Shown here one piece after another: positions 49,041 to 59,682 of a stretch of DNA of 64,000 nucleotides (positions are counted from its first letter, which is position 1; the number at the start of each line of letters is the position of its first letter). Source of the stretch: Anaerolineae bacterium (GTDB lineage: Bacteria; Chloroflexota; Anaerolineae; Aggregatilineales; Phototrophicaceae); assembly GCA_041390885.1 (NCBI GenBank), contig JAWKPB010000018.1, forward strand, positions 115,165-179,164, read 5' to 3'. A model generated the notes under the pieces. It had not been told where the DNA came from, searched no databases, and saw only the letters and a list, made by a program, of their open reading frames with translations. The position numbers and the translations under genes are program-made.

Positions 49041-50207
49041 TTATAAATCCTCGACTACGCGCCGCACCCGTTCCAGAATTTCGTGCAGACGTTCACGCTG
49101 AGTGGCGTAATTGATGCGGGTGAAACCTTTGCCCGCTTCGCCGAAGGCCGCGCCATCCACGAAAGCCACTCGCGCTTTTTCGAGGAAGAATTTGAAAGGA
49201 CTTTCACCCGGAAGGTTGAGCGCGCGCCAATCCATCCAACCAAGATAGGTCGCTTCCGGCACGGTGTAAGGCACCTGCGGCAGGTGCTTTTGCATATAGT
49301 CCACCATGAAATCACGGTTTGCCCGCAGATACGTCAGCAGTTCATCCACCCACGGCTGACATTCGGCGTAGGCAGCATAGGCGGCAGCCCAGCCCATTGA
49401 GCCAACATGCGGCATAAAGCCTTCGATCGACTTTTCAAACGTTTTGTAGATGGTTTCGTTCTGGGCGACGACATAGGCGATACCCAGCGTCGGCATGTTA
49501 TAAGTCTTGCTGGGTGACATGAGGGTAATGGTACGCTCGGCCACTTCCGGCGACAGCGACGCAAAGGGAATATGCTGCTGACCCTCCATCATCAGGTCGC
49601 AGTGGATTTCGTCAGCAGCGATGATTATATTGTGGCGCAGACAAATTTCCGCCAATTTTTCCAGTTCTGCTTTGCTCCACAGCCGCCCTACAGGATTATG
49701 GGGATTGCACAGCAGGAATACTTTGGTGCGCGGGTTGATCGCCGCTTCAAACGCATCGAAATCCATCTCATAGCGCATCTTTTGTCCGTCGCGCGTCACC
49801 GCCAGATCAACCATATTGGCGACTCGCCCGCTGTTACCCGGCGCACTGAGGAACGGCATATAGACCGGTGTAGACATGATCACATTGTCGCCGGGATCGG
49901 TAAAAGCTTCGCTGACGAAGTTGAGGACACTGACCAGATTGGGCGTGAACTGGAAATCGGAGGGTTTCACCCGCCAGCCGAACTTATTCGCCATGCGCCG
50001 GGTGAGCAAATCACGCAGTTTGGGATCATCGAAGTGATAACCGAAGACGCCATGTTCTACCCGTTCCCGCAGCGCCTTCAAGATGGGTTCGGGCGAACGG
50101 AAGTCCATATCGGCTACCCACGCGGGCAGCACATCGGGGTCGTATAAATCCCATTTAATCGCACCACTACCGAGGCGCTCAATATTTTCATCGAAGTTGG
50201 TGGGCAT
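49041..50207 (-). CDS. MalY/PatB PLP-dependent C-S lyase
   Basis: WVADMDF, LCNPHNPVG, DEIHCD, SPSKTYN, PEATYLGW. Confidence 0.92.
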   Translation of the reverse strand: MPTNFDENIERLGSGAIKWDLYDPDVLPAWVADMDFRSPEPILKALRERVEHGVFGYHFDDPKLRDLLTRRMANKFGWRVKPSDFQFTPNLVSVLNFVSEAFTDPGDNVIMSTPVYMPFLSAPGNSGRVANMVDLAVTRDGQKMRYEMDFDAFEAAINPRTKVFLLCNPHNPVGRLWSKAELEKLAEICLRHNIIIAADEIHCDLMMEGQQHIPFASLSPEVAERTITLMSPSKTYNMPTLGIAYVVAQNETIYKTFEKSIEGFMPHVGSMGWAAAYAAYAECQPWVDELLTYLRANRDFMVDYMQKHLPQVPYTVPEATYLGWMDWRALNLPGESPFKFFLEKARVAFVDGAAFGEAGKGFTRINYATQRERLHEILERVRRVVEDL

Positions 50208-50612
50208 AGCTGTACCTTCGTTATGAGTATGAGAGAAATGGCAAGTCTATGTAGGCGGCCATTCAGGGAATGGTGCTGATATTACATAGCAAGTGATTTT
50301 ATTTCAAATACCGCATAGACCGGAATGGCGATACCAGATTCCTCTATGTCCAGCTCCCATTCTCCAGCACTGTGACTCGCTGCCCATCGGTCAATAACGC
50401 ATAGTCCCCGGCCTCCAGTACGACACCGGATGCGCTACCTGCGACCTGCGAGCAAAAAGAGATACAGTCATTTCATTTTCTAGTTCAGTAGTGCTACTCA
50501 AGTCTATTTGGAAAAATGTTAATACACTACGCAAATTATTACGCAACCGGCATTGCCCGACAACCGTATTATGAGTGCAGGTAATCTATCTTGTACCGTA
50601 CGGAGTTCTTGT

Positions 50613-52136
50613 ATGAAAAAAGCACTGATCGCCTTACTCATTTTCGTTTTCATGTTCAGTGTGGCAGCCGCGCAGGATGCTATTAAGCTCAATGATTTCG
50701 CCGACGATGCTTTCGGTTTCAGCACAGTTGTACCCGAAGGCTGGACGGCGAAAGGTAACGGTATCTACGCCCGCGCCAGCAGCCCCACTGATTTTACGCT
50801 CATCGCGCAGCAGGCCGTCCCGCTGGCAGTGGACAAATTATGGCCGTCCCTGCTCCCGCAGCTGGCATTGACGGATGTTCCAGACAGCGCTGGCACGTAT
50901 GAGTCACCCACCCTGAACTGGACATTGTACAAAGTCGATGTCAAAGCAGGTGCAGCCACTATTGCTGTTGATATGGCATTGGCGGAAGCCGACGGCAAAA
51001 CCTATATTGTCTTGCTGCAAACAACCCCTGATGATTATCAGGCTTTGCACAATGCGGTATTCCAACCGACGCTTGCGGCACTCGCCCCTATAGTCGAAGC
51101 GGTCACTGATGTGCCGTATCAGCAGGAAGAAGTGACCGTTCCCAATGGTGATGTGACGCTGGCAGGAACATTGACCCTACCTGAAGGTGACGGCCCGCAT
51201 CCCGCAGTCGTCCTCGTTACGGGCAGCGGGCCGCAAGATCGTGATGAATCGCTCGCTCCAGCCGCAGCCATCAAACCGTTCCGCCTGATCGCCGACGCCC
51301 TAACCCGCGCTGGAATAGCCGTGCTGCGGTACGATGATCGCGGCATCGGTAAATCCACGGGCGATTTTGCCAGCGCCACAACCCCCGACTTTGCCAGTGA
51401 TGCCTCGGCAGCCATCCAATATTTGATGACCCGCTCGGACATCAACCCGAAGCAAATTGGTGTGTTGGGGCACAGCGAAGGCGGCGAGGTGGCGGCTATG
51501 TTGGGCGCGAATGATCCGCATGTGGCCTTTATCGTGTCAATGGCCGGGCCAGCCGTGAGTGGAGCCGACGTGCTGCTGCTCCAGAACAAACTCATCATGC
51601 AGGCAGGCGGCGCAGGTGATGAACAAATTCAACTTCAGCTCGACTTTTTGCAGCAGGCATTTGGCCTGATGGAGAAGGGTGATACTGAAGCCATCCAAAA
51701 ACTGGCTGAGGAAACGGCTCGCCAGCAGTTCGATATGCTAACCGATGAGCAACGCAAGACAGCAGGAAGCATCGAAGAAGCGGTTGCCAATGCCCAGCAA
51801 GGGGCCGCATCCTTGATGACCCCGTGGTTCAAGTATTTCGTGAACTACAATCCGGGGGAAGATTGGGCAAAAACCACTGTACCGGTACTGGCTCTCTTTG
51901 GCGGCAAAGATACACAGGTTGATGGCGGGCAGAATGCCCCTGCTATGGAAGCAGCTCTGAAGCAGGCAGGCAACACGGATTACAGCATCGTCACGCTGCC
52001 GGACGCTAATCATCTTTTCCAGTCAGCGACTAGCGGTGCGCCGAGCGAGTACGGCACGCTCAAACAGGAATTCACCGCTGATTTCCTGCCGACGGTGGTG
52101 GACTGGGTACTTAAGCACGTCACGGTGGCGCAATGA
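50613..52136 (+). CDS. Secreted alpha/beta hydrolase
   Basis: Signal peptide MKKALI..AAA, GSGPQDRD, GHSEGG, KDTQV, NHLFQ. Confidence 0.9.
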   Translation: MKKALIALLIFVFMFSVAAAQDAIKLNDFADDAFGFSTVVPEGWTAKGNGIYARASSPTDFTLIAQQAVPLAVDKLWPSLLPQLALTDVPDSAGTYESPTLNWTLYKVDVKAGAATIAVDMALAEADGKTYIVLLQTTPDDYQALHNAVFQPTLAALAPIVEAVTDVPYQQEEVTVPNGDVTLAGTLTLPEGDGPHPAVVLVTGSGPQDRDESLAPAAAIKPFRLIADALTRAGIAVLRYDDRGIGKSTGDFASATTPDFASDASAAIQYLMTRSDINPKQIGVLGHSEGGEVAAMLGANDPHVAFIVSMAGPAVSGADVLLLQNKLIMQAGGAGDEQIQLQLDFLQQAFGLMEKGDTEAIQKLAEETARQQFDMLTDEQRKTAGSIEEAVANAQQGAASLMTPWFKYFVNYNPGEDWAKTTVPVLALFGGKDTQVDGGQNAPAMEAALKQAGNTDYSIVTLPDANHLFQSATSGAPSEYGTLKQEFTADFLPTVVDWVLKHVTVAQ

Positions 52137-52216
52137 GTCGGTGTACATAACGTTTGGTTCACACCGCCGCAAACCATTGAACTGAAAGCCCGCCGCCTCT
52201 AGTCAGGCATCAGTTC

Positions 52217-53839
52217 CTACTGCCGCTCGAAGATGGCATAACCATCTTCTTCATAGACACGCAAGGCGTCATCTATCCACATGGGCGTAGTCGCCGCATT
52301 ACCCATCAGCGCCTGTTCCAATGGGCCATAGATGATGTAGCGGATGTTGTAAGCATCATACAACGCCTGCCGCGCAGCTTCGTCCAGATTGCCGCCAAAG
52401 AAGTCGGCTGCAACGGCGCGCTTCTCATCAGCCCGCAGGGTTTCCGGCCCGTGTCCGACATAAGGCCGCAGGTTGGTAAACGCGGGCAGGACATTGCCCG
52501 TGTCATTGGCTGCCAGCACCACGCTGTCCGCTGGAGCATGGTCATTCAGCCAGTTGAGTGCCCGCACTTCTGCCAGCGGTTGGTACAGCGGCTGGGTTTG
52601 CTGCATCGTCCCGACCAGTGTAAACAACCAGAAAATGACACTGGCTGAACACATCAACACCAAAGCCAGCACCCGCGCCCGCCGCCAGCGGGGACTACGC
52701 CCCATGACGCGCAAACCAGCCGCCACCAAAATCGCCAGCGGTACGATGATGGCTTCAGCCAAGCGGCGCTGAACGCTAATCATCGGTAGATAAACGAGGA
52801 AAGGAACCACCAGCGGCCACAGCAGCAAGGCACGCCCTTCCAACTGAGATGACGATTTCAACCGGAAGAGGACACGCCCACCGACTATCGCCAGTACCAC
52901 CAGCAGTCCATAGGCAAAGATGTAGTTGAGGGGCGGGGGCGATTTCAGAATATTCTGCGCTGACCACGCGCCGAATACCGAATTGGTTGAAAAGACCAGA
53001 CTGTAATAAAGAAACAGGGGCAGCGTCAGCGCCGCTGCCAGCCCACCGTTCACTGCCAGCCGCAGCGGGAAGCGGCGGGTCATTATCCACGCCATCAACC
53101 CCCACATCCCCAAAATGACATACACGATTGCCAGATAAAACGGCACAGCCAAACCCACCACCCACCAGCACAGCGCCGCCAACACACTCTTGCGTGTGTC
53201 CAATACCTGTCGCCTACCATGATCTTGACTGATAACCAAAATCAACCCGCCCAGCAGCGCCGCCCGCGCCAGTGCCAGATGCGGCAAACCCAGCAAAATG
53301 AGGAATGAAAAACCTTCCGGTATCAGGAATTCCGGCGGTTCCGCCCCTGCTACCAGCAGCAGCCAGCCCAGTCCGCCGCCCACCGTCGCCAACAGCAGCG
53401 CCACAAAGCGGGTGCGCGGCGCACGCAGAAAGATGGCGATGAAACGATAGAGCACCACGATCAACAGGGCGTCGAACACCACCCGCATGGCGTGGAACAT
53501 CAACGTCAGTGCCGGAACAAGGCTGGGATCATGATCCCCCACAAAACGGCCCACCAGCCAACCGGGCAGAATGTAGGGCAGGAAAATGAGCGCGGCGCTG
53601 TTATGTGGTTCGGGCGTGTAGAACAGATAAAAGTCGAGGATGCCGCGCGCGCCCAGCCGCATCTTGGCGATATACGAATACCCGTCATCCGCCCCGAACA
53701 GGAAGCCGCTAAAGGCCCATTGGCTGCCCTGCTGGACATAGCCCAAAACAGAAGGCAGTGAAGTGAGCAGGATAATGAGCAGGGCGTAAAGCAGGACGTT
53801 ACGCCACTCGCGGCGGCTGATGCGGGGAGATGAAGTCAT
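52217..53839 (-). CDS. Polytopic membrane protein (possible GT-C-like glycosyltransferase)
   Basis: Many TM segments, DDGYSYIAKM early loop, YVGHGPET soluble C-terminus; start uncertain. Confidence 0.65.
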   Translation of the reverse strand: MTSSPRISRREWRNVLLYALLIILLTSLPSVLGYVQQGSQWAFSGFLFGADDGYSYIAKMRLGARGILDFYLFYTPEPHNSAALIFLPYILPGWLVGRFVGDHDPSLVPALTLMFHAMRVVFDALLIVVLYRFIAIFLRAPRTRFVALLLATVGGGLGWLLLVAGAEPPEFLIPEGFSFLILLGLPHLALARAALLGGLILVISQDHGRRQVLDTRKSVLAALCWWVVGLAVPFYLAIVYVILGMWGLMAWIMTRRFPLRLAVNGGLAAALTLPLFLYYSLVFSTNSVFGAWSAQNILKSPPPLNYIFAYGLLVVLAIVGGRVLFRLKSSSQLEGRALLLWPLVVPFLVYLPMISVQRRLAEAIIVPLAILVAAGLRVMGRSPRWRRARVLALVLMCSASVIFWLFTLVGTMQQTQPLYQPLAEVRALNWLNDHAPADSVVLAANDTGNVLPAFTNLRPYVGHGPETLRADEKRAVAADFFGGNLDEAARQALYDAYNIRYIIYGPLEQALMGNAATTPMWIDDALRVYEEDGYAIFERQ

Positions 53840-53923
53840 AGAGTAATCCATGCTGGAAACCGGCACTTTCTTTAGCATAACCCGATTTCCAGCACAGAAG
53901 GCTTTGATTTTGAGTCGCGGTTT

Positions 53924-54316
53924 TCACACTTGCGACAAGGCGATCAAGTCCGGCTCCACCCATTCCCGCCGTGCCCGCTCCGACCCCAACACCGCGCGGC
54001 TGTAGTGCCGTTCGATTAAATGCTGATCCAGCAGTTGCGGATGCTGGCTGATGAACACCTCATAATCATCAGTTGGCGGCAGCGTTTGGATGGCGTGATA
54101 CACCACCCGCGCCCAGAACACAGTGATCGTCTCATGATATTTTGTGGACGCCCCTTTGACTGCCGCGAAGTGCTGTATGCCGCTGCGGATGCGTTCCGTT
54201 CCCCCCTCCAGCCCATGTGTCCGCAGGTACAGCCACGCCATACGGATATGCTGGCGGTGCGGGAAACTACTGAGTGAACCATCTTCAAAGTGTTTCAAGA
54301 ATTCTTGATCGCTCAT
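53924..54316 (-). CDS. Conserved hypothetical protein
   Basis: FPHRQHIRMAW, KYHETITVFW, WVEPDL motifs; AGGAGG RBS. Confidence 0.75.
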   Translation of the reverse strand: MSDQEFLKHFEDGSLSSFPHRQHIRMAWLYLRTHGLEGGTERIRSGIQHFAAVKGASTKYHETITVFWARVVYHAIQTLPPTDDYEVFISQHPQLLDQHLIERHYSRAVLGSERARREWVEPDLIALSQV

Positions 54317-54339
54317 CACACCCTCCTGATGGGAGAAAT

Positions 54340-54451
54340 AAAAAAACCGCCCTCACGCAAGAAGGCGGCTTATGACGAATAGAAAAGCGCACATCCCAAA
54401 AAGATGTGCGCTTCACCTTTTTACCTTATGTCATTTTAGCGGCCTTGTCAA
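54340..54451 (-). promoter_or_regulatory. Promoter, hairpin and intrinsic terminator forming a leader upstream of 53924-54316
   Basis: Minus strand: TTGACA-17-TAAGGT; 11-bp stem 54385-54413; GC stem followed by T7 at 54340-54368. Confidence 0.6.
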
Positions 54452-54478
54452 CCACATTTGCCGAGCTTTACCTTAGCT

Positions 54479-55288
54479 CTAGTTGATCCCTTTCGCCAAC
54501 AGCCATTCGTGCAAATATCTGGCACTATCTTGGTAAGTCTTTTCAACCATTGCGTTATGCGCTGTATCTTTGATCACATAAAAGTCGCCACCAAAATGTT
54601 TTGCTAAAGCCTGCTCTTCCTTAATCGAAAACAGCCTATCTTTTTCCGCCCCCATCACCAGTACGGGCGTATCGGGATTTTTGCGTGCGTGCCATGTCAG
54701 GGGATTCAATTGCAATGGCACAACCAACGACTCATCATCGAGTTGTCGGTGTAAATCTTCAGCAGAAATGAGAGCCCCCTCACTTAGGAATAACGTTTTG
54801 GCTTTTTCCGCTGTTCTTACTAACGGATAACCACGCCACGTAAGCACTGCCAGCATCATTCCCAGTGGATCAAGAAAGAAATAGCGCCACGGATAATCAT
54901 AAAGCGGTATAGAGGCCAACAGCACCGCTGCGGGTAAATCCCCAATATGGGTCAGATACCATTGTGTGATTGCCCCGCCCATGCTGTGTCCGATCACGAC
55001 CGGCGCGCGTTCACAGGCATCTACCTGCTGTTTGAGAATATCCCGATAGTAACCCAGTGTGCACAACCGGATGGGGCGCTTCTTTGCGGATTTGCCATGA
55101 GTTGGCAGACTGTGTGCATGACTGACCCAGCCCCACTCCGCGAAAAGCTCCTGCCAGTAATGCCAACACCACGCGCCGTGCCATGCGCCATGCTGGAAGA
55201 CCAGCGGTGTTTGATATACAGGCTTCTCCGGGCGGTATGTGATACGTTCAATACCATCTACCAGTTCATGTTCAATACTGTAAACCAT
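54479..55288 (-). CDS. Alpha/beta hydrolase
   Basis: HGAWHGAWCW, GHSMGG, AEKD, AHN. Confidence 0.9.
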   Translation of the reverse strand: MVYSIEHELVDGIERITYRPEKPVYQTPLVFQHGAWHGAWCWHYWQELFAEWGWVSHAHSLPTHGKSAKKRPIRLCTLGYYRDILKQQVDACERAPVVIGHSMGGAITQWYLTHIGDLPAAVLLASIPLYDYPWRYFFLDPLGMMLAVLTWRGYPLVRTAEKAKTLFLSEGALISAEDLHRQLDDESLVVPLQLNPLTWHARKNPDTPVLVMGAEKDRLFSIKEEQALAKHFGGDFYVIKDTAHNAMVEKTYQDSARYLHEWLLAKGIN

Positions 55289-55349
55289 TTTTTGTCCTAG
55301 TTAATAAGTTAAATAGCATAAGCCAATATAGTTCTACTAAACCACTCTG

Positions 55350-56267
55350 TTATTGCTTCTCCGCACTCTCCTGTATCACTGCCAGCAGCACCGCACCGAC
55401 GGCAGGCGGATACTTCGGCGTAGGAATGGTTTCCAATTTCAGTTGTTTGCGGAGCAGTTCGCTCATCACCGCTGAACGGGTCAGAATGCTGCCGCCGAAG
55501 GCAACCGGCAGTGTCGTATCATCCAATTGTCGAAGGATACTGTTCACCAACTGCGACAGAGCCGTCGCTCCACGCTCCACAATATCAACAGCCGCCGCAT
55601 CACCTTCTCCCGCACATTCCAACAATGGCTGTGCTAGCGACGCAATAATCTTGTTTCTGTCCGCACGGTTCGCGTACATCCATTCGATAACATAGTCGGG
55701 CGCTTTCACCCCCAGCGTTGAGACCACCAGTTCGGTCAGACGGGTCGGGGCTTCTTTTTCGTAAAATATCCGCACGACTGCGGCAATCGCCTCGCGCCCC
55801 AACCAGTAACCGCTGCCTTCATCCCCCAGCAAGAAGCCATAGCCCCCGGCACGAGCGTGCTTCCCCTGCCGGTTGATGCCGTAAGCCACACTGCCCGTGC
55901 CCGCCATCACCATCACCCCGCAGGCCGCGCCGTGCGCCCCCACCAGCGCAACTTCAGCGTCACCACTGATAATGACCCGTGCTTGTGGAACAACATCGTG
56001 CAGCGCACGGCGCAGCCAGTCACCGCTGCTGTCGCTGGAACTGCTGCCGGCGATACCGGCACACACGGCTGTCACCGCCGCTGGCTCGAGCTGTGCCATC
56101 ACAAATGCCTGCTGCATGGCGGTCTTCAAGTTCGCTGAAGCGCCTTCCGCCGTCTGCACGTTGGGGTTGACACCGCCCGCTTCACCATACCCCAGTACAA
56201 CCAGATCGCGGCCTGCCAGCACTACCCGCACACCCGTGCCGCCACCGTCAATGCCCATGACAAGCAT
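55350..56267 (-). CDS. BadF/BadG-type N-acetylhexosamine kinase
   Basis: GIDGGGT, AGTGS, GGYGFLLGDEGSGYWLG. Confidence 0.9.
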   Translation of the reverse strand: MLVMGIDGGGTGVRVVLAGRDLVVLGYGEAGGVNPNVQTAEGASANLKTAMQQAFVMAQLEPAAVTAVCAGIAGSSSSDSSGDWLRRALHDVVPQARVIISGDAEVALVGAHGAACGVMVMAGTGSVAYGINRQGKHARAGGYGFLLGDEGSGYWLGREAIAAVVRIFYEKEAPTRLTELVVSTLGVKAPDYVIEWMYANRADRNKIIASLAQPLLECAGEGDAAAVDIVERGATALSQLVNSILRQLDDTTLPVAFGGSILTRSAVMSELLRKQLKLETIPTPKYPPAVGAVLLAVIQESAEKQ

Positions 56268-56271
56268 ATTA

Positions 56272-57021
56272 TTAGCTCTTGAGTTTGCGCTTGGTCGGAT
56301 TGGCGATCTGGTAACGCACCATGCGCGGCTGGTAACGCTGACGCAGCACTTCATTCCGTACATCACCCTGTGGCACGTTAGCACTGGTCAAAATAGGCGG
56401 TTCAATGCCGCGCTCCGCCAGCAGCGTTGCCACCTGTACCGTGATGGACTGTATAATGCCGCAGCCCACGACGCTCGAAGTCGCTCCACATTTCAGGTCA
56501 TAGCCGGGTACGTCGATTGCTGCGTCACCGGGATCGCCCAGATTATCAATCACGATGTCCGCCGCCTGATAAAGCTTCTTACCGCTGGAATGGCGCGAGG
56601 GGGCAGATTGGCTGTGCTTAAGCGAGGTGATAGCAACCACCGTCAAACCAGCTTCTTTACTCAACATAGCAATTTCAACCGGGCCGGGATTAATGCCCGA
56701 ATTGGAAATCACCACCATCACACTGCCTGCCTGTAGTGGGTAATGTGAGAGCGTGATTGCCGCGATACCTTCAACCCGCTCGGCCTCGCCGTGTGCAATA
56801 TCTTCTACATAAATCACAGGCGCTAATCCGCCCGCACGCCAGAACGCATCCTGCGCTACAAAGGCCGAATGCCCACTGCCGAACACTAGATAATCTTTGT
56901 CGTTTTGCAGAGCGGTGGCAATGGCATCCGCCGCCTGATAAATCGCCTCACCGGATGTTTCAGCGACTTGTTGCAGCAGATTGGCGGCAGTGGAGAAATA
57001 ATTAGTTATGGGGTTGGTCAC
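56272..57021 (-). CDS. SIS-domain sugar isomerase-like protein
   Basis: FGSGHS, RAGGL, ISNSGIN, SRHSSGK, DIVIDN, SAN. Confidence 0.9.
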   Translation of the reverse strand: MTNPITNYFSTAANLLQQVAETSGEAIYQAADAIATALQNDKDYLVFGSGHSAFVAQDAFWRAGGLAPVIYVEDIAHGEAERVEGIAAITLSHYPLQAGSVMVVISNSGINPGPVEIAMLSKEAGLTVVAITSLKHSQSAPSRHSSGKKLYQAADIVIDNLGDPGDAAIDVPGYDLKCGATSSVVGCGIIQSITVQVATLLAERGIEPPILTSANVPQGDVRNEVLRQRYQPRMVRYQIANPTKRKLKS

Positions 57022-57085
57022 GATAATTCCTTTTGTGCTGATCGAATTCCTATGAATATAGCGTCAGACTTCGAAAATTGCTCTG

Positions 57086-58567
57086 CTATCCTTCGCCACA
57101 ATAATTTAGGTATTCACGTTGTTGTGACCCGCGCCACCCAAGGAAGGTTTCGTAAACATCGGGGGTGTTGCTCAGGTTAGAAGTCATATCATCCTCAGGT
57201 GAGAAGATATAGATGTCATGGGAGCCAGAAACATAAGCAGACAAGGCTAACTGCGCCCCGCGTGGCGACCAATAAAGTGCTGGGGCATTTCGCAAGGTGG
57301 GCGCTAATGGGGTGAGGTCTTCCGTCTGCTCATTGAACAAGAGCAGTCCTTTGTTGGTACGAACGGTCAAGTACTGTCCGTCAGCCGACCATTTCAGATG
57401 TGGTTCGTAGTAGGCTGTTGGCCCTTTAATAGCGAAGCGCAGTTCCCGCCCCTCGTCGAAATCAAACAACCATAACGAATTATTCGCCCCGCCGTTCTCA
57501 CCGCTGTCAGGATTAGAGGCAAAAACCAGCCAATTACCAGCGGGTGACCAAACGAGCGGATCAACATACAGATCACTGACCAATCGGCGGCTGCGTCCGT
57601 CACTTGTGTCCAGTGCATAAACGACCCGTTCGTGATCATTTGCTTCATCAATCGCCGTCACCGCCAGAAACCGCCCGCTGGCTGACCACTCCACGTCCGC
57701 CTGAATTGGCAGTTGACTGATGGCATCCTCAAAAGTCAGCGGTGTGTTGGCTTCCACATCAAATACTATCAAAACAACCTGCTCTTTTTCATTTCTGCCA
57801 TAAATTGTTAATAAACGGCCATCTGGCGACCACTCATGAAAAGTACCCTTCGGCAGTTGCCACTGGGTTTTGTCCGTCACGTCATAAACCATATTGCCGA
57901 ACGGTTCAGCAGCAGTGAAGAAAATACGGTCATCAGCAGGCGACCACCGGGCCATATCAGACCACGCTGCCATCTCTAGCTTGGTGGTGGCCTGTTTCTG
58001 CGCATCCCAAATCACAAGGCGTGGGGTAGGTTGCTCACTGTTATAGAATGCCACATAGCGCCCATCATGCGACCACGCCGCCCATTCGTACAGCGCGTAT
58101 GAATCCGGTATGGTTTGGCTTTCGCCCGTTGTGAGGTCAAAAATGATGAGTTGTTGCTCAGGGACAGCCTGTGCCAAATAGACCAACCGTTGTCCATCCG
58201 GTGACCACCACAACGGCGTGGAACAATCACTCCCCGCCAGCCGTTCTGGCATCGTCCGGTGCACATTAGTTTCAACATCAACCACAGTCAGGGTACGCCG
58301 CTCGTCGTCTGCCGCATCCACCATATATATAAAACGCCCATCCGGCGACCAGCCAGCATCGCTGCCAAATTCACGCACGGTGCCGATCTTGTTTTTCTGA
58401 CCACCATCCACCGTAACGGAGTAAATATCGGTTGCACCGTTGTTGTCCGACTCACCATACAGGATCATGTCCGCCGTGTTTTGCCCCGCCGCACCCCGCA
58501 CAACCAACAAACAAACCATTACTACACCAACAAATACCACACTTTGCCATAGTCTCAAGTTACGCAT
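57086..58567 (-). CDS. Secreted TolB-like beta-propeller protein
   Basis: Signal peptide and repeated WSPDG motifs. Confidence 0.8.
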   Translation of the reverse strand: MRNLRLWQSVVFVGVVMVCLLVVRGAAGQNTADMILYGESDNNGATDIYSVTVDGGQKNKIGTVREFGSDAGWSPDGRFIYMVDAADDERRTLTVVDVETNVHRTMPERLAGSDCSTPLWWSPDGQRLVYLAQAVPEQQLIIFDLTTGESQTIPDSYALYEWAAWSHDGRYVAFYNSEQPTPRLVIWDAQKQATTKLEMAAWSDMARWSPADDRIFFTAAEPFGNMVYDVTDKTQWQLPKGTFHEWSPDGRLLTIYGRNEKEQVVLIVFDVEANTPLTFEDAISQLPIQADVEWSASGRFLAVTAIDEANDHERVVYALDTSDGRSRRLVSDLYVDPLVWSPAGNWLVFASNPDSGENGGANNSLWLFDFDEGRELRFAIKGPTAYYEPHLKWSADGQYLTVRTNKGLLLFNEQTEDLTPLAPTLRNAPALYWSPRGAQLALSAYVSGSHDIYIFSPEDDMTSNLSNTPDVYETFLGWRGSQQREYLNYCGEG

Positions 58568-58708
58568 GGTGATGCTCACAGGCTCACATTTTCGATAACC
58601 TCAGTATAGTGGCAACAAAAACGCCGCTGCCCAACGCATCAAACACGTTCAGGCAACGGCGCTAAATTATGCTAATCAGACTGTGAGGTTAGATGCGAAT
58701 CTAAATTC

Positions 58709-59602
58709 CTAGTCTTCTTCCCCGTCCTTCTTGCCGTCGCCGTACTTCAGGTCGAGCAGGCGGCGGTAAGTGGCCTGGAAAGTCAGCGCATCCGCCACAT
58801 GGAAGGGCAGCGGCGCTTCAATCGCGGCTGTGCCTTTCACGCCGTAATCAATGAACGCCTGTAAAAGATCGCGGTATTTGATGTCAGCCTCGTTCAGTGG
58901 CAGGTGCGCTTTTTCACCTTTAGGGCCGTAATCAATGCCGCTGATATGGAAGTGCAGCGATTGCAGCCCCTTCGTACCCAGCACATTTTTCACCCGCCCC
59001 AGCGCCTCACTGAACTCATCATAACTATTGAATGTGCCGTCGCCCGTCCGCGCGTGCAGGTGCGCCCAATCAATGCACGGCAGCACACCCGGTACTTCTT
59101 TGCTCAACTGCACCACCTCATCCAGATTGCCGAACATCGCTGATTTGCCCATCGTTTCCGGGCGCAGGTTGACCTTGACCTTCTCCTCGCGCAGGATTCC
59201 TGTGATTTCCAGCAACTTCTCCTTGGCACGTTCGTATACCTGTTCAGGCGGTTGGCTGTGGTAGCTGCCCGGATGGAAGATGATGTCCTTCGCCCCTGCC
59301 AGATAACCTTTGCGGGCAGCGGCCAAGAGACGTTCATCGCTTTTTGCCATGAGCTCCGCCGTCTGGCTGTTCAGATTAATATAGTATGGGGCATGAATAC
59401 TCAGTGTGATATTGTATTCTTTAGCGGTGGCCTTGATCTGCGCGCAAGTTTCGTCGCTGACCCGCACACTCTGCACCCACGCAATTTCCAGATGGTCGAG
59501 TCCCAACTGGCGCATGTGGGCAATAGCGGCGGGTGTACCCTGTTCGGGCGTGGATTGGGGCGAACCGACAGTGCCAAAACGAATCGTATCGTGGTCAGTC
59601 AA
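58709..59602 (-). CDS. Endonuclease IV-like TIM-barrel protein
   Basis: HAPYYINL, FHPG, PETMGK, CIDWAHLHAR, HFHISGI, EKAHLP. Confidence 0.85.
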   Translation of the reverse strand: MTDHDTIRFGTVGSPQSTPEQGTPAAIAHMRQLGLDHLEIAWVQSVRVSDETCAQIKATAKEYNITLSIHAPYYINLNSQTAELMAKSDERLLAAARKGYLAGAKDIIFHPGSYHSQPPEQVYERAKEKLLEITGILREEKVKVNLRPETMGKSAMFGNLDEVVQLSKEVPGVLPCIDWAHLHARTGDGTFNSYDEFSEALGRVKNVLGTKGLQSLHFHISGIDYGPKGEKAHLPLNEADIKYRDLLQAFIDYGVKGTAAIEAPLPFHVADALTFQATYRRLLDLKYGDGKKDGEED

Positions 59603-59682
59603 AATGGATACCCTTCTTCAAATTTGCATGCTTTGAAATCGTACAGATATTCTATATGGAATGTGCCGTGAAGGGAAATGGA

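Noticed and set aside
50208-50500. SAM riboswitch upstream of malY/patB
   Set aside because: No S-box core motifs on the minus strand.
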